DNA of 64,000 nt from the IMG/VR virus record IMGVR_UViG_3300028601_000028, positions 17,878-81,877 of that record. One strand, written 5' to 3'. Positions 47,128-56,032 of this stretch are shown here, piece by piece; position 1 is the first letter of the stretch, and each line of letters begins with the position of its first letter. Below the pieces are notes generated by a model. That model saw only the letters and a program-made list of their open reading frames with translations, was not told where the DNA came from and searched no databases. A program made the position numbers and the translations under genes. The stretch is from a virus. Its lineage: Duplodnaviria; Heunggongvirae; Uroviricota; Caudoviricetes.

Positions 47128-47158
47128 ATAAAAAAGGTGAATTTTTAGATTCACCTTT
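47128..47158 (-). terminator. rho-independent terminator for the minus-strand gene 47174..47578
   Basis: aaaggtgaat-ttttag-attcaccttt hairpin. The A-run on the plus strand at 47128..47132 is the T-run for the minus-strand transcript. Confidence 0.65.
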
Positions 47159-47173
47159 TAAATAAAAAAATTA

Positions 47174-47578
47174 TTATTTTACAAAATCTCTTGCTTTTTC
47201 AGGACCTATATATTTTTTATATTCATCAATTAAAAATTGAGCAAATCTTTTTGTTTTATAATAATCTGTATCCATTTTTACACCACCAATCAAAAAAACA
47301 GCTGATGATAATTCTTCATCAAGAGACCATTGTACTTCAATTGTAATTTTTTCGTCACCTGTATTATAATGATATTGACCAGGTAGGTAATAAGGCGTTC
47401 TAATACCTATGTTTTTTGATACTGTGATCTTTGATGGATCAAAATTATTTTTAATTTTTGATACTATTTTATCAAATATCCAATCATCTTTTCTTTCTTC
47501 TGATTTTAATTTTGATTTTTTACCGAAAAAATCTATTTCTTCATTTACAAAATTTTCAAAATTTTTAATATTTTTCAT
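47174..47578 (-). CDS. hypothetical protein (134 aa)
   Basis: ORF. Confidence 0.4.
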   Translation of the reverse strand: MKNIKNFENFVNEEIDFFGKKSKLKSEERKDDWIFDKIVSKIKNNFDPSKITVSKNIGIRTPYYLPGQYHYNTGDEKITIEVQWSLDEELSSAVFLIGGVKMDTDYYKTKRFAQFLIDEYKKYIGPEKARDFVK

Positions 47579-47640
47579 AATCGTTTTTTTTTGGTTCTAC
47601 CATATTTTAATATTATATATTTAATTTAAAAACTCGATTT

Positions 47641-47982
47641 TTAATTAAATTCTTCAAATTTTAAGATTGTTCTATCAGAAAACATTTCTATTTCATAATT
47701 TTTATTTTCTTTTACTGGTACCATCTTAAATAATTGATCTTTTGTTATTTCTACCCCCTTTTCGTCAACTGGTACAACATTCCATACATATTCTTCTATT
47801 TCTCCTTTTTCTGTATTAATAGTTAATTTAGCAGTAATTGGTTTTCCTGTTACTTTTAATACTTCTCCCCACAAATCAATATTTTCTGGTTTACCATATT
47901 TTTCGTTTTTAATAATTTTAACGAAATCACCTTTCTCGTAAAAAATATTAAATGTTTTATCATTATAAATTTTAATTTTCAT
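47641..47982 (-). CDS. hypothetical protein (113 aa)
   Basis: ORF. Confidence 0.4.
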   Translation of the reverse strand: MKIKIYNDKTFNIFYEKGDFVKIIKNEKYGKPENIDLWGEVLKVTGKPITAKLTINTEKGEIEEYVWNVVPVDEKGVEITKDQLFKMVPVKENKNYEIEMFSDRTILKFEEFN

Positions 47983-48009
47983 ATCACCATTTTTATTTTT
48001 AACTATATA

Positions 48010-48297
48010 TTAAATCTTATCTTTCAATTTCCATTCTTTATCTTTTATAGACCAATATGCTGACCATGTTTCATTGTTATAATTAATAACAACTTGCATC
48101 CAATCCTCATTATCATTCCAATATGGAGATATAACAATTTCTGAATTAATATATCTATCTGTATCAAATAAATTGACTTTTATTATATCACCAATCTTAT
48201 ATTTCTTAAACTTATTTAAAGTTTTATCTATACTATTTTGTTTAGTTTTTATAAGACTATTTACACTTTCACTAACAAATTGTTTAAACGTTTTCAT
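48010..48297 (-). CDS. hypothetical protein (95 aa)
   Basis: ORF. Confidence 0.35.
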   Translation of the reverse strand: MKTFKQFVSESVNSLIKTKQNSIDKTLNKFKKYKIGDIIKVNLFDTDRYINSEIVISPYWNDNEDWMQVVINYNNETWSAYWSIKDKEWKLKDKI

Positions 48298-48412
48298 ATT
48301 TTTAATTTTTTCTCATTTTTTTTATAAAACTATATATTAATTTAAAAAACTAACTTTTTAAAAACATTTTATCATATTCAATCTATATTTTAAAAAACTA
48401 TTTTATATTTAA

Positions 48413-50041
48413 ATGTACGAAAACAAAATTTATCACCCCCTAAAATATAACCCAAGGGATATACAAATAGATGCATTAAACTTTACCAAAACAAATATAA
48501 ACAGAGGCAAAAAATATATACTTATTAATGCTCCAACAGGAATAGGTAAATCATTTTTTTCTGTTATGTTCATGAATTGGTATTTAAACTATATAAACGA
48601 TGATGCAAGATTCGATATACTAACTAATAGTAAAATACTTCAAAATCAATATGTTAAAGAATTCCCTTTTATGAAAAGTTTAAAGGGTAGAAATAGTTAT
48701 ACATGTGATACTTATAATTGTTCTTGTGCAGAAGGTAAAGAATTTAATAAGGCATTAAAGAAAAAATGTACAGATTGTCCTTATGATAGAGCCTTTTCTG
48801 AATGGAAATCAACAAATACAGCGATGACCAATTTTCACTTGTTTAATACAATTCATTTATTTTTACCTAAATTAATAGAAGAAAAAAAATCTAATGTATT
48901 AATAATAGATGAAGCAGACTCATTTGAATCAGTATTATGTGATTACATATCAATGAAAATATCACACAGAAGTTTAAAATTAATGGGGTTTAATGACACT
49001 AATATTAATCATGTATATCGTGAAATATCAAAAGTTAAGAACATATTTCATTATATTGATTTTGTTAAAAATTACTTTTTAAATATATTGGATGAAATAT
49101 CAGAATCATTATTACAGAAATTGGGAAATCCTTCTATTATACAGTCTGAAAAAATTAAAATTAGTAAATATATAACAAATATAAATGGAGCAAAAGAATC
49201 ATATACTGCATTTATAAATGATATAGATGGAGAAGAAGGTAATATTAATAATTGGGTTATTGATATAGATAAAGATGAATCTAAAATATTTCCAACTAAC
49301 TATTCAATTCAACCAGTATGGTCAAATAAATATTTATATGATGTTATTTGGAAACATTATGATCATGTTATATTTATGTCTGGTACTATATTAGACAAAG
49401 ATATGTTTGCATATATGAATGGATTAGATACTAAATTATGCTGCTATTACAGTGTACCATCACCATTTAAAGTTAGAAATAGACCAATTTATTATATAAA
49501 AGTTGGTAAAATGACATATACAGAAAAAGAAAAAACATGGGAAAAACAAAAACTAATTATAGATAAAATAATAAAGAAGAATAAAAATAATAAAGGTATA
49601 ATTCATACAACAAATTATGAACTATCAAATTGGTTACAAGAATATTATAAAAATGATGATAGATTTATATTCCATAAATCAGATGATAGAGATCAAGCAT
49701 TATATAAACATATAACATCCACTAAACCAACAATATTGGTAAGTCCTTCGATGATGTCCGGTGTAGACCTTAAAGATGAATTATCTAGATTTCAAATAAT
49801 CATGAAGATACCATATCCAAATATTTCAAGTAATAAAATTAAAAAAAGACAAAAAGATAATAAAGATTGGTATTCATGGAGGACTGTTGCTGATATTATA
49901 CAAAGTTATGGTCGCTCTATTAGATCAGATGATGATTTTGCAGAAACTTATATAATTGATGAATCTTTTTCTAATATATTAAGATATAATTATAAATTTT
50001 TACCCGATTGGTTTACTGATGCTATTAAGACACTCAAATAA
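48413..50041 (+). CDS. DinG/XPD(Rad3)-like SF2 helicase with Fe-S cluster cysteines
   Basis: Motif I INAPTGIGKS. Four-Cys cluster CDTYNCSCAEG...CTDCPYD between motifs I and II. Motif II IIDEADSFE (DEAD). Motif V SPSMMSGVDL. Motif VI QSYGRSIRSDDD. Confidence 0.6.
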   Translation: MYENKIYHPLKYNPRDIQIDALNFTKTNINRGKKYILINAPTGIGKSFFSVMFMNWYLNYINDDARFDILTNSKILQNQYVKEFPFMKSLKGRNSYTCDTYNCSCAEGKEFNKALKKKCTDCPYDRAFSEWKSTNTAMTNFHLFNTIHLFLPKLIEEKKSNVLIIDEADSFESVLCDYISMKISHRSLKLMGFNDTNINHVYREISKVKNIFHYIDFVKNYFLNILDEISESLLQKLGNPSIIQSEKIKISKYITNINGAKESYTAFINDIDGEEGNINNWVIDIDKDESKIFPTNYSIQPVWSNKYLYDVIWKHYDHVIFMSGTILDKDMFAYMNGLDTKLCCYYSVPSPFKVRNRPIYYIKVGKMTYTEKEKTWEKQKLIIDKIIKKNKNNKGIIHTTNYELSNWLQEYYKNDDRFIFHKSDDRDQALYKHITSTKPTILVSPSMMSGVDLKDELSRFQIIMKIPYPNISSNKIKKRQKDNKDWYSWRTVADIIQSYGRSIRSDDDFAETYIIDESFSNILRYNYKFLPDWFTDAIKTLK

Positions 50042-50520
50042 TTTTTCTTCTATATTTTCATCATATTTTATCCTTAATAAATTAATATTGTTATTTTTAC
50101 AGTATTCGTTTTTTATTTGATCTCTTTTTTTAATTATTTTTAATTGGGTTTTTCCTCCCCAAATTTCTTTAGTTTTAAAATGTTGTTCTCCGTCATATTC
50201 TATACATAAATTATATTTTGATAAATATAAATCAAATGGTAATGGGTATTTATATCTACAATCTTTAAATCTTTTTTTGTGACTCAAATTTTATATTATT
50301 TTTGTTTAAATATTTTTTTATTTCTTTTTCTCATCTAGATTCATTACACATATAACACCCATTATTTTGAATATGTGCATCTGGTTTTTGTTCAAAAATA
50401 CCATGTTTAGGGCATATTATTTTAACTTTAGTCGAGTTATTTTTATATTCAACTAAAGAATAATCATACTTATTACCATGAATTTTTTAGCTTCTTCTAT
50501 AAATTGTTCAGTTGTTTTTC
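50000..50520 (-). pseudogene. decayed homing-endonuclease gene (same Zn-finger/DUF559 family as 29050..29766) with one in-frame stop and two frameshifts
   Basis: Hand-translated minus strand. MTRKTTEQFIEEAKKF is followed, after a shift of frame, by HGNKYDYSLVEYKNNSTKVKIICPKHGIFEQKPDAHIQNNGCYMCNESR, then a TGA stop. After another shift at an A-run comes the listed ORF MSHKKRFKDCRYKYPLPFDLYLSKYNLCIEYDGEQHF...NNINLLRIKYDEN, ending at 50000. The segments are collinear with the intact paralog 29050..29766. Confidence 0.55.
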
Positions 50521-50755
50521 TTGTCATTTAAACAATTTATTATTTTTTCTAATTGTTTTTCTATCCAATTATTCATTTTGTAACTATTTTTATTACAGTA
50601 TTCTTTAATATCATTATGCAATTTTGGTGATATTTTAATTGTTTTAAACTGGCTCATTTCTATTTTTTTATCCATAAACATTTTTATTTTTTAACTATAT
50701 ATAAAAAACAAAAGTGTAAAAATGTGTAATTAAAATAAAAAATAATAAAATAATC

Positions 50756-51031
50756 ATGAATGAATCTAATTTAACAAACGGAGAAATTAAAGAGTTAAGA
50801 GATAAACTTAATAATGAACATATTAAGTTTGAACCCAATTTATTAAACAATAATAGATTTGAAATATATTCAGTCTTAAAAGATAAAAGTACAATTAAAA
50901 TAGGTGATATAGAAGATCGTGGTATTATATCTGATTTTTTTATAGATGATAATATGATATATGTTAGATACGCAAATATATTAAGAGGACATGACAAAAT
51001 AAAGATTAAGAAAAACGTATGTAAATTATAA
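50756..51031 (+). CDS. small hypothetical protein (91 aa)
   Basis: First of five tightly coupled small plus-strand ORFs. Preferred over the overlapping minus-strand shadow ORFs. Confidence 0.3.
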   Translation: MNESNLTNGEIKELRDKLNNEHIKFEPNLLNNNRFEIYSVLKDKSTIKIGDIEDRGIISDFFIDDNMIYVRYANILRGHDKIKIKKNVCKL

Positions 51032-51309
51032 TGAAAAAAGATATAAAAATAAATTCCATATATGATGACGTAATATCAGAATACAAAGAATTTGGTATGG
51101 ATATGATATGGGTTATGAAGGACGGGAAAGAAATTAAAATAAAAAATATGGAAACATCACATGTTAAAAATTGTATTAATATGTTAAATAGAAAAAGAGA
51201 AAATGAAACTAGAATAGCATGGATTGATATTTTCACAGATGTATTAATGAAAAGAAGAGAAAACAAATTAAATAAAATATTAGATAACATAAATGAGAAC
51301 AGAATATGA
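51031..51309 (+). CDS. small hypothetical protein (92 aa)
   Basis: Start overlaps the previous stop (TAATG). Confidence 0.3.
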   Translation: MKKDIKINSIYDDVISEYKEFGMDMIWVMKDGKEIKIKNMETSHVKNCINMLNRKRENETRIAWIDIFTDVLMKRRENKLNKILDNINENRI

Positions 51310-51625
51310 ATATGGTGAAAAAAATGTTTTTTATGTTAAAAAAACAAAAGATCTAAAATTATTTAATAATAGTATAATTAAAATTTATAATTGTACTAAT
51401 TCAGAAGACTTTTATGAAGTAAAAATAAATTATGATTTATATAAAAGATTAGTTAAATTAAATAAAATATCAAAATCAGAAAAAATAGACAATATTATTA
51501 AAATGGTCGATTATATTGAGAAAAATATGACATCATTTAATAATATATTTGAACATGAATTGGTTAAAGAATTAACAAAAGAAATTGATAAACAGATACT
51601 TAAAAATTTATTAGATTTAAAATGA
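51293..51625 (+). CDS. small hypothetical protein (110 aa)
   Basis: Overlapping coupling with neighbours. Confidence 0.3.
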   Translation: MRTEYEYGEKNVFYVKKTKDLKLFNNSIIKIYNCTNSEDFYEVKINYDLYKRLVKLNKISKSEKIDNIIKMVDYIEKNMTSFNNIFEHELVKELTKEIDKQILKNLLDLK

Positions 51626-51909
51626 TAAACGAAATAATAATATTTAAAGTAAATATTGATGATTATTATGATAGACAATTAATAGAACAACAAATGTTAA
51701 AATATCCATTTATTGAATCTATGGGAGTTAGTAGAATTGATGCTAAAATGTTAATAAAAATAAAAACTGATATATTAACTGAAAGAAAAAATAAATTAAA
51801 TAAATTACTTAATAAACCATCAGATATTGATATATTCTTAGAAAAGTATAAAAATAAAATTCAATATGTTGATCTTTTTAAAAATATCAACAAAAACGAC
51901 TTAAATTAA
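51622..51909 (+). CDS. small hypothetical protein (95 aa)
   Basis: ATGA overlap with the upstream ORF. Confidence 0.3.
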   Translation: MINEIIIFKVNIDDYYDRQLIEQQMLKYPFIESMGVSRIDAKMLIKIKTDILTERKNKLNKLLNKPSDIDIFLEKYKNKIQYVDLFKNINKNDLN

Positions 51910-51925
51910 AAAATAAAAATATGAT

Positions 51926-52201
51926 GTGATATTAAAATTTTGGTATTATGGTGATTGTAACTTACAAATTGTAAAAAAGTTTAAGAAAGTAAACGATTAT
52001 GGTACAACAATTTGGCCATATTTCCAAGTTCAATTATCTAAAAATACAATAGATATAATTTTTAATGAAAAATATGAAATATTGCAACAACTATTTCGTA
52101 GAATTAAGATAGAAAAAATGAATACTAATAGTATTAAATTTGATAATGAATTTTTAATATTTTATATAGAAAATATTGATAATATAAACATAACAAAATA
52201 A
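51926..52201 (+). CDS. small hypothetical protein (91 aa)
   Basis: ORF directly upstream of the clamp loader gene. Confidence 0.3.
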   Translation: MILKFWYYGDCNLQIVKKFKKVNDYGTTIWPYFQVQLSKNTIDIIFNEKYEILQQLFRRIKIEKMNTNSIKFDNEFLIFYIENIDNINITK

Positions 52202-52206
52202 AGAAT

Positions 52207-53163
52207 ATGGCAAACTTAAAAGAATTGTTGTTTTGGGAAAAGTATAGACCAAAAACATTAAAACAGATGATATTAATACCTAGAATAGAATCCATTATTA
52301 ATAATGGTGTCTTTGATAATAAGATTTTATATGGTACACCAGGCACAGGAAAAAGCACATTAGCGAATATATTATCAGAACAAAACAGTTTTATTAAAAT
52401 AAATGCATCAATGGAGAATGGAATTGATGTATTAAGAAATACAATTGATAATTATATAGATACATTGGATTTTAGTTCTATAGATGGATATAAAGTTATA
52501 TATTTAGATGAATTTGATAGAGCGAGTGTTCAATTACAAGATGCATTAAAAGGATATGTTGAGACTCATCATGATAGGGTTAGATTTATATTTACTACGA
52601 ATCATATTCATAAAATAACACCAGAATTAAGATCCAGATTTACTGAAATTTGTTTTAATCCAATTGGTTCAAATGAAAGAAAATTTTTATATGAAAAACA
52701 AGTTAATTATTTAAGGGCAATTTGTAAAAAAGAGAATTGTGATTTATATAATGATAAAGAACCATTTAAAAAAATTGTTAATAAATATTTTCCAGATTTA
52801 AGAAAATCTATACAATTATTAGGACATATTATAAAATCAGGTGATTTATCTATAATAGAATCCGATATAAATACAGAAGTTGTTGATGTATATAAATTTA
52901 TAATTGATGGTGATTTAAATCCTATTATAAACTATGATTATGTCATGAATAATTTTTATACAAATTATGAAGAAGTATTTGAACAATTAGGAAGACCTTT
53001 TTTTGAATATCTAAAAGAATACCATATCGAAAAAATATTAGAAAAGGGTTCATTAATATTAAATATTCAAAATGAATATAATAATAATATATCAATTTCA
53101 CCAGATCCATTAATACTTTTAATAAATTACATTTTATCACTAAAAAAGGCATTAATAAATTAA
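52207..53163 (+). CDS. clamp loader large subunit (T4 gp44 / RFC-like AAA+ ATPase)
   Basis: Walker A GTPGTGKST. VIYLDEFDRAS compared with T4 VIVIDEFDRSG. TPELRSRFTEICF (SRC motif) compared with LQSRCRVITF. KYFPDLRKSIQLL compared with KNFPDFRKTIGEL. Confidence 0.8.
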   Translation: MANLKELLFWEKYRPKTLKQMILIPRIESIINNGVFDNKILYGTPGTGKSTLANILSEQNSFIKINASMENGIDVLRNTIDNYIDTLDFSSIDGYKVIYLDEFDRASVQLQDALKGYVETHHDRVRFIFTTNHIHKITPELRSRFTEICFNPIGSNERKFLYEKQVNYLRAICKKENCDLYNDKEPFKKIVNKYFPDLRKSIQLLGHIIKSGDLSIIESDINTEVVDVYKFIIDGDLNPIINYDYVMNNFYTNYEEVFEQLGRPFFEYLKEYHIEKILEKGSLILNIQNEYNNNISISPDPLILLINYILSLKKALIN

Positions 53164-53174
53164 TATATATCTTC

Positions 53175-53570
53175 ATGATATATGATTACTTAAAAGATAA
53201 TAATATTTCCAATCTAGGTTGTGTTGCTATTATAAATGATAGCTATTATCTTTTTATTATAACCGAAAAAGAAATTATGAAGGGTATACCAATAGATGAT
53301 AATGAAGGTATATATGATGGTTTACAATATAATGATATAGCATTAGTTGGTGTAAATATTATAGGAGAAGATGATTTTATTGATGCTTCACAAATAACAG
53401 ATGATAATATGGTTTCATTATTATATGCTATTAGTATATTATATATTTATACTTTAAAAACAGATGGATTAATAATAGAAGATATTGTAGATCTAAGTCT
53501 ATTTGAATATTTAATAGATAAAGTAATTGATGATTTTGAAACTAATAATTATTTAAAAAATTTATCATAG
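53175..53570 (+). CDS. hypothetical acidic protein in the clamp-loader small-subunit (gp62) position
   Basis: Position only. No sequence similarity to gp62 could be confirmed by eye. Confidence 0.25.
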   Translation: MIYDYLKDNNISNLGCVAIINDSYYLFIITEKEIMKGIPIDDNEGIYDGLQYNDIALVGVNIIGEDDFIDASQITDDNMVSLLYAISILYIYTLKTDGLIIEDIVDLSLFEYLIDKVIDDFETNNYLKNLS

Positions 53571-53839
53571 ATTATTTCTGCACTATATTTTTTCCTATAA
53601 CCTAGTTTTTCATGTTCTTCTATATTTTTTAAAATATCTTGATTATTATGAACAGATAATTTAGTTGATTCTATTATATCATCATATCTTTTAAAATCTT
53701 TTTCAGATACTCTATTTTCTTCTCTTACTATTTCTATTATATTAGAAATAACATCTTTTAAATATGATGGTTTATAATTAAATATAGAATCTATACTTTC
53801 ATTTAATTCATTGAACTTTTTTATTTTCATATTATTCAT
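53549..53839 (-). CDS. hypothetical protein (96 aa)
   Basis: ORF. Confidence 0.3.
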   Translation of the reverse strand: MNNMKIKKFNELNESIDSIFNYKPSYLKDVISNIIEIVREENRVSEKDFKRYDDIIESTKLSVHNNQDILKNIEEHEKLGYRKKYSAEIIYDKFFK

Positions 53840-54308
53840 TATTTTTTAATACAGACAACGCCTTTTTGGTATTTTTAATTCTTATATTCATTGGTACACT
53901 TATATCATAACTATTTAAGCTATCGTTATAAATTTTATCATAATTTTCTTTTTTAAACCATAATGGTATATTTTTATTATAGAATACATTATACCAGTTT
54001 ATATAATCAGGAAATTTTTTTATAATATTAATTAATTCTTCTTCGTTATAATTTGGATTGTCTAAAACATTATCAATAAAAGACGGAAATAATTTTAAAT
54101 CTTTATATTTATCTATAAAATCAATACTCAATTTAATATTTCTTAATGCATTTTCAAATTTATATCTAAAATCAGAAAATCTAATATTATTTAATTTTCT
54201 CATAACAATATTCCAATTATTATGACCTATAAAATCTAAAATTTGTTTTCTTTCATCTTTTAAGGAATCATTACCTTCTAATACGTATTCATTAAAGTTT
54301 TTAATCAT
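53832..54308 (-). CDS. hypothetical protein (158 aa)
   Basis: ORF. Confidence 0.35.
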   Translation of the reverse strand: MIKNFNEYVLEGNDSLKDERKQILDFIGHNNWNIVMRKLNNIRFSDFRYKFENALRNIKLSIDFIDKYKDLKLFPSFIDNVLDNPNYNEEELINIIKKFPDYINWYNVFYNKNIPLWFKKENYDKIYNDSLNSYDISVPMNIRIKNTKKALSVLKNNE

Positions 54309-54721
54309 TATATTTCAATAATATTTTGAGATAATTCACAATCAACAAATTCTCTTTTAGTTTGTGTACCATCTTGATTTTTAGTTCTTAATTTAGCTCT
54401 TAAAAATTGACCTTGATAAAAAGTACCATTGAATATTATTCCATCTTTAAAAAGTCCATCTTTCCAAACACCATTAAACCAAACACCATCTTCCCATGTA
54501 CCAAATTTCCATTCTCCCCCTCTAAATGCACCAAATTTCCATACACCATTATACCATGTACCAGCATTAAAAACTAGTGTATCATTTAAAATTTCTAATC
54601 TGGTTTTAAATGTTTCGGCATCAATAAACCATGACATTTTTTCTTTAACTAAAATTTCTTCTATCTGATATGGTTCAGTATATATCTTTCCTTTATATTT
54701 TAATTCTATATATTTACTCAT
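54308..54721 (-). CDS. MORN-like repeat protein
   Basis: Tandem G(T/A)W.NGVWKFGAFRGGEWKFGTWEDGVWFNGVWKDGLFKDGIIFNGTFYQGQF glycine/tryptophan repeats with about 11-aa periodicity. Confidence 0.4.
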   Translation of the reverse strand: MSKYIELKYKGKIYTEPYQIEEILVKEKMSWFIDAETFKTRLEILNDTLVFNAGTWYNGVWKFGAFRGGEWKFGTWEDGVWFNGVWKDGLFKDGIIFNGTFYQGQFLRAKLRTKNQDGTQTKREFVDCELSQNIIEI

Positions 54722-54750
54722 ACTTAAAATATATTTTTTAGTATATATTA

Positions 54751-54780
54751 AAAAATAAAAACCATCTTTTTAAGATGGTT
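54751..54780 (-). terminator. rho-independent terminator for minus-strand gene 54780..55457
   Basis: accatctt-ttt-aagatggt hairpin. A plus-strand A-run at 54751..54760 precedes it and gives the T-tract on the minus strand. Confidence 0.6.
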
Positions 54781-55457
54781 TAAATTGTTCTTTCTATTTT
54801 TTTAGATTTATAATATGGTATTAGTTTTAGTTCTGTTAATGTATTAATATCATCAGAATCTATTTTAGATAACACTTTTTTGTTTTTTAATAATATATTA
54901 ATATATGAATAATTTTTAATTTCAATTGAAAGTTTAAGTGCTTTATTATTTGCATAAGAAGGATCAAATCTATTATCACATAATAACATATTTAATATTT
55001 CATATCTATAATCATTCATATTATATTCAATAAAATCAGTAAATAGGTTATTAATATGGTCGGTTATTTTTATATCTGGTAATGATAAGAAATATGATAA
55101 TATCTCTAATTTATTAGAATGTAGACAATTATAAATTATTGTTTTTAATAGATTATCTATTTTATTTTTTACTCTTTTATCATTTATTAAAATTTTAAAA
55201 ACTTCTAAATTAGATTTTTCTATACAAAGTTCGAATGCATGATAATTAAAATCTAATGGATTTACACTATTAAATTTAAGTAATTCCTTTAATATTTCTA
55301 TTTCATTGTAGTATGATGCCCATCTTAATGCATAATTTTGATCAGAATCAACATTTACATTTTTCTTTGTTTTTAATATGTGAATAATATAATTGGGGTT
55401 AACAGTACCAACTGTATTATACAATATTTCTTTAATATTATATACTTCTTTACTCAT
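54780..55457 (-). CDS. ankyrin-repeat-like protein
   Basis: ALRWASYYNEIEILKELLKFNSVNP and further about 33-aa repeats with the ..L..A...g..eil..LL motif. Confidence 0.4.
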   Translation of the reverse strand: MSKEVYNIKEILYNTVGTVNPNYIIHILKTKKNVNVDSDQNYALRWASYYNEIEILKELLKFNSVNPLDFNYHAFELCIEKSNLEVFKILINDKRVKNKIDNLLKTIIYNCLHSNKLEILSYFLSLPDIKITDHINNLFTDFIEYNMNDYRYEILNMLLCDNRFDPSYANNKALKLSIEIKNYSYINILLKNKKVLSKIDSDDINTLTELKLIPYYKSKKIERTI

Positions 55458-55492
55458 AATATAAAAAATTTATGATGCAAAGGTAATAAAAA

Positions 55493-56032
55493 TTATTTGA
55501 TTTTCGTGCTTAAAAATATAAAAAATTCTCTAACTTCAGTAACATTTATTTTAAACATTTTTCCGTTATATTCAAAAAACCCTTTTCTTGCTTCGTTTTC
55601 TGGTTTGAATATTCTTATTCTGCCTAAATTATCACTTTCATATTCTATATGAATTGATGATTTTTTTGAACCGTCTATTTCTTCAATTGTATTACCAATT
55701 GATATTTTATGATAAATATTATTATCTATTTCAAATTTTATTTCTTTTTTAATAAAATCAAATGAAATATCATTATCATCATTCATTCTTTTTATTTTTC
55801 GATAATTTAATTCTCTTTCCATTTGATCTCTTTCATTATTATCCATAAAATTTTTATCAAATTGATTAAATTTTTTTATAATAGGCATTATTAAGTATTT
55901 ATTTTTTAAACAATAATTAAACTTTTTACTATATATAAAAAAAATTAGACAAAAATGAGCCAATTTTATAAAAAAGATGATGCACAAAGAAAGATTGTAA
56001 CAATTGTTGATGAACAAGATATATTTTATCAA
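55493..56032 (-). CDS. hypothetical protein with N-terminal hydrophobic segment
   Basis: ORF. The N-terminus ILFINNCYNLSLCIIFFIKLAHFCLIFFIY is hydrophobic. The true start may be a downstream Met. Confidence 0.3.
   Translation of the reverse strand: MIKYILFINNCYNLSLCIIFFIKLAHFCLIFFIYSKKFNYCLKNKYLIMPIIKKFNQFDKNFMDNNERDQMERELNYRKIKRMNDDNDISFDFIKKEIKFEIDNNIYHKISIGNTIEEIDGSKKSSIHIEYESDNLGRIRIFKPENEARKGFFEYNGKMFKINVTEVREFFIFLSTKIK

Noticed and set aside
50290-50340. TGA read as tryptophan (Mollicute-type genetic code 4), suggested by the very low GC and an in-frame TGA inside the endonuclease-like sequence
   Set aside because: Long genes (2036, 1164 and 1017 aa) are uninterrupted under the standard code, and TGG is used for conserved Trp residues. 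The TGA-containing locus also carries two frameshifts, so pseudogenisation explains it better.
52207-55457. Eukaryotic giant-virus origin (ankyrin/MORN repeats, extreme AT content, many inteins and HEs)
   Set aside because: The hallmark genes are unambiguously T4-like phage proteins: UvsX, UvsW, gp41, gp17, gp44, gp25-like. Ankyrin and MORN repeats also occur in phages of host-associated bacteria.
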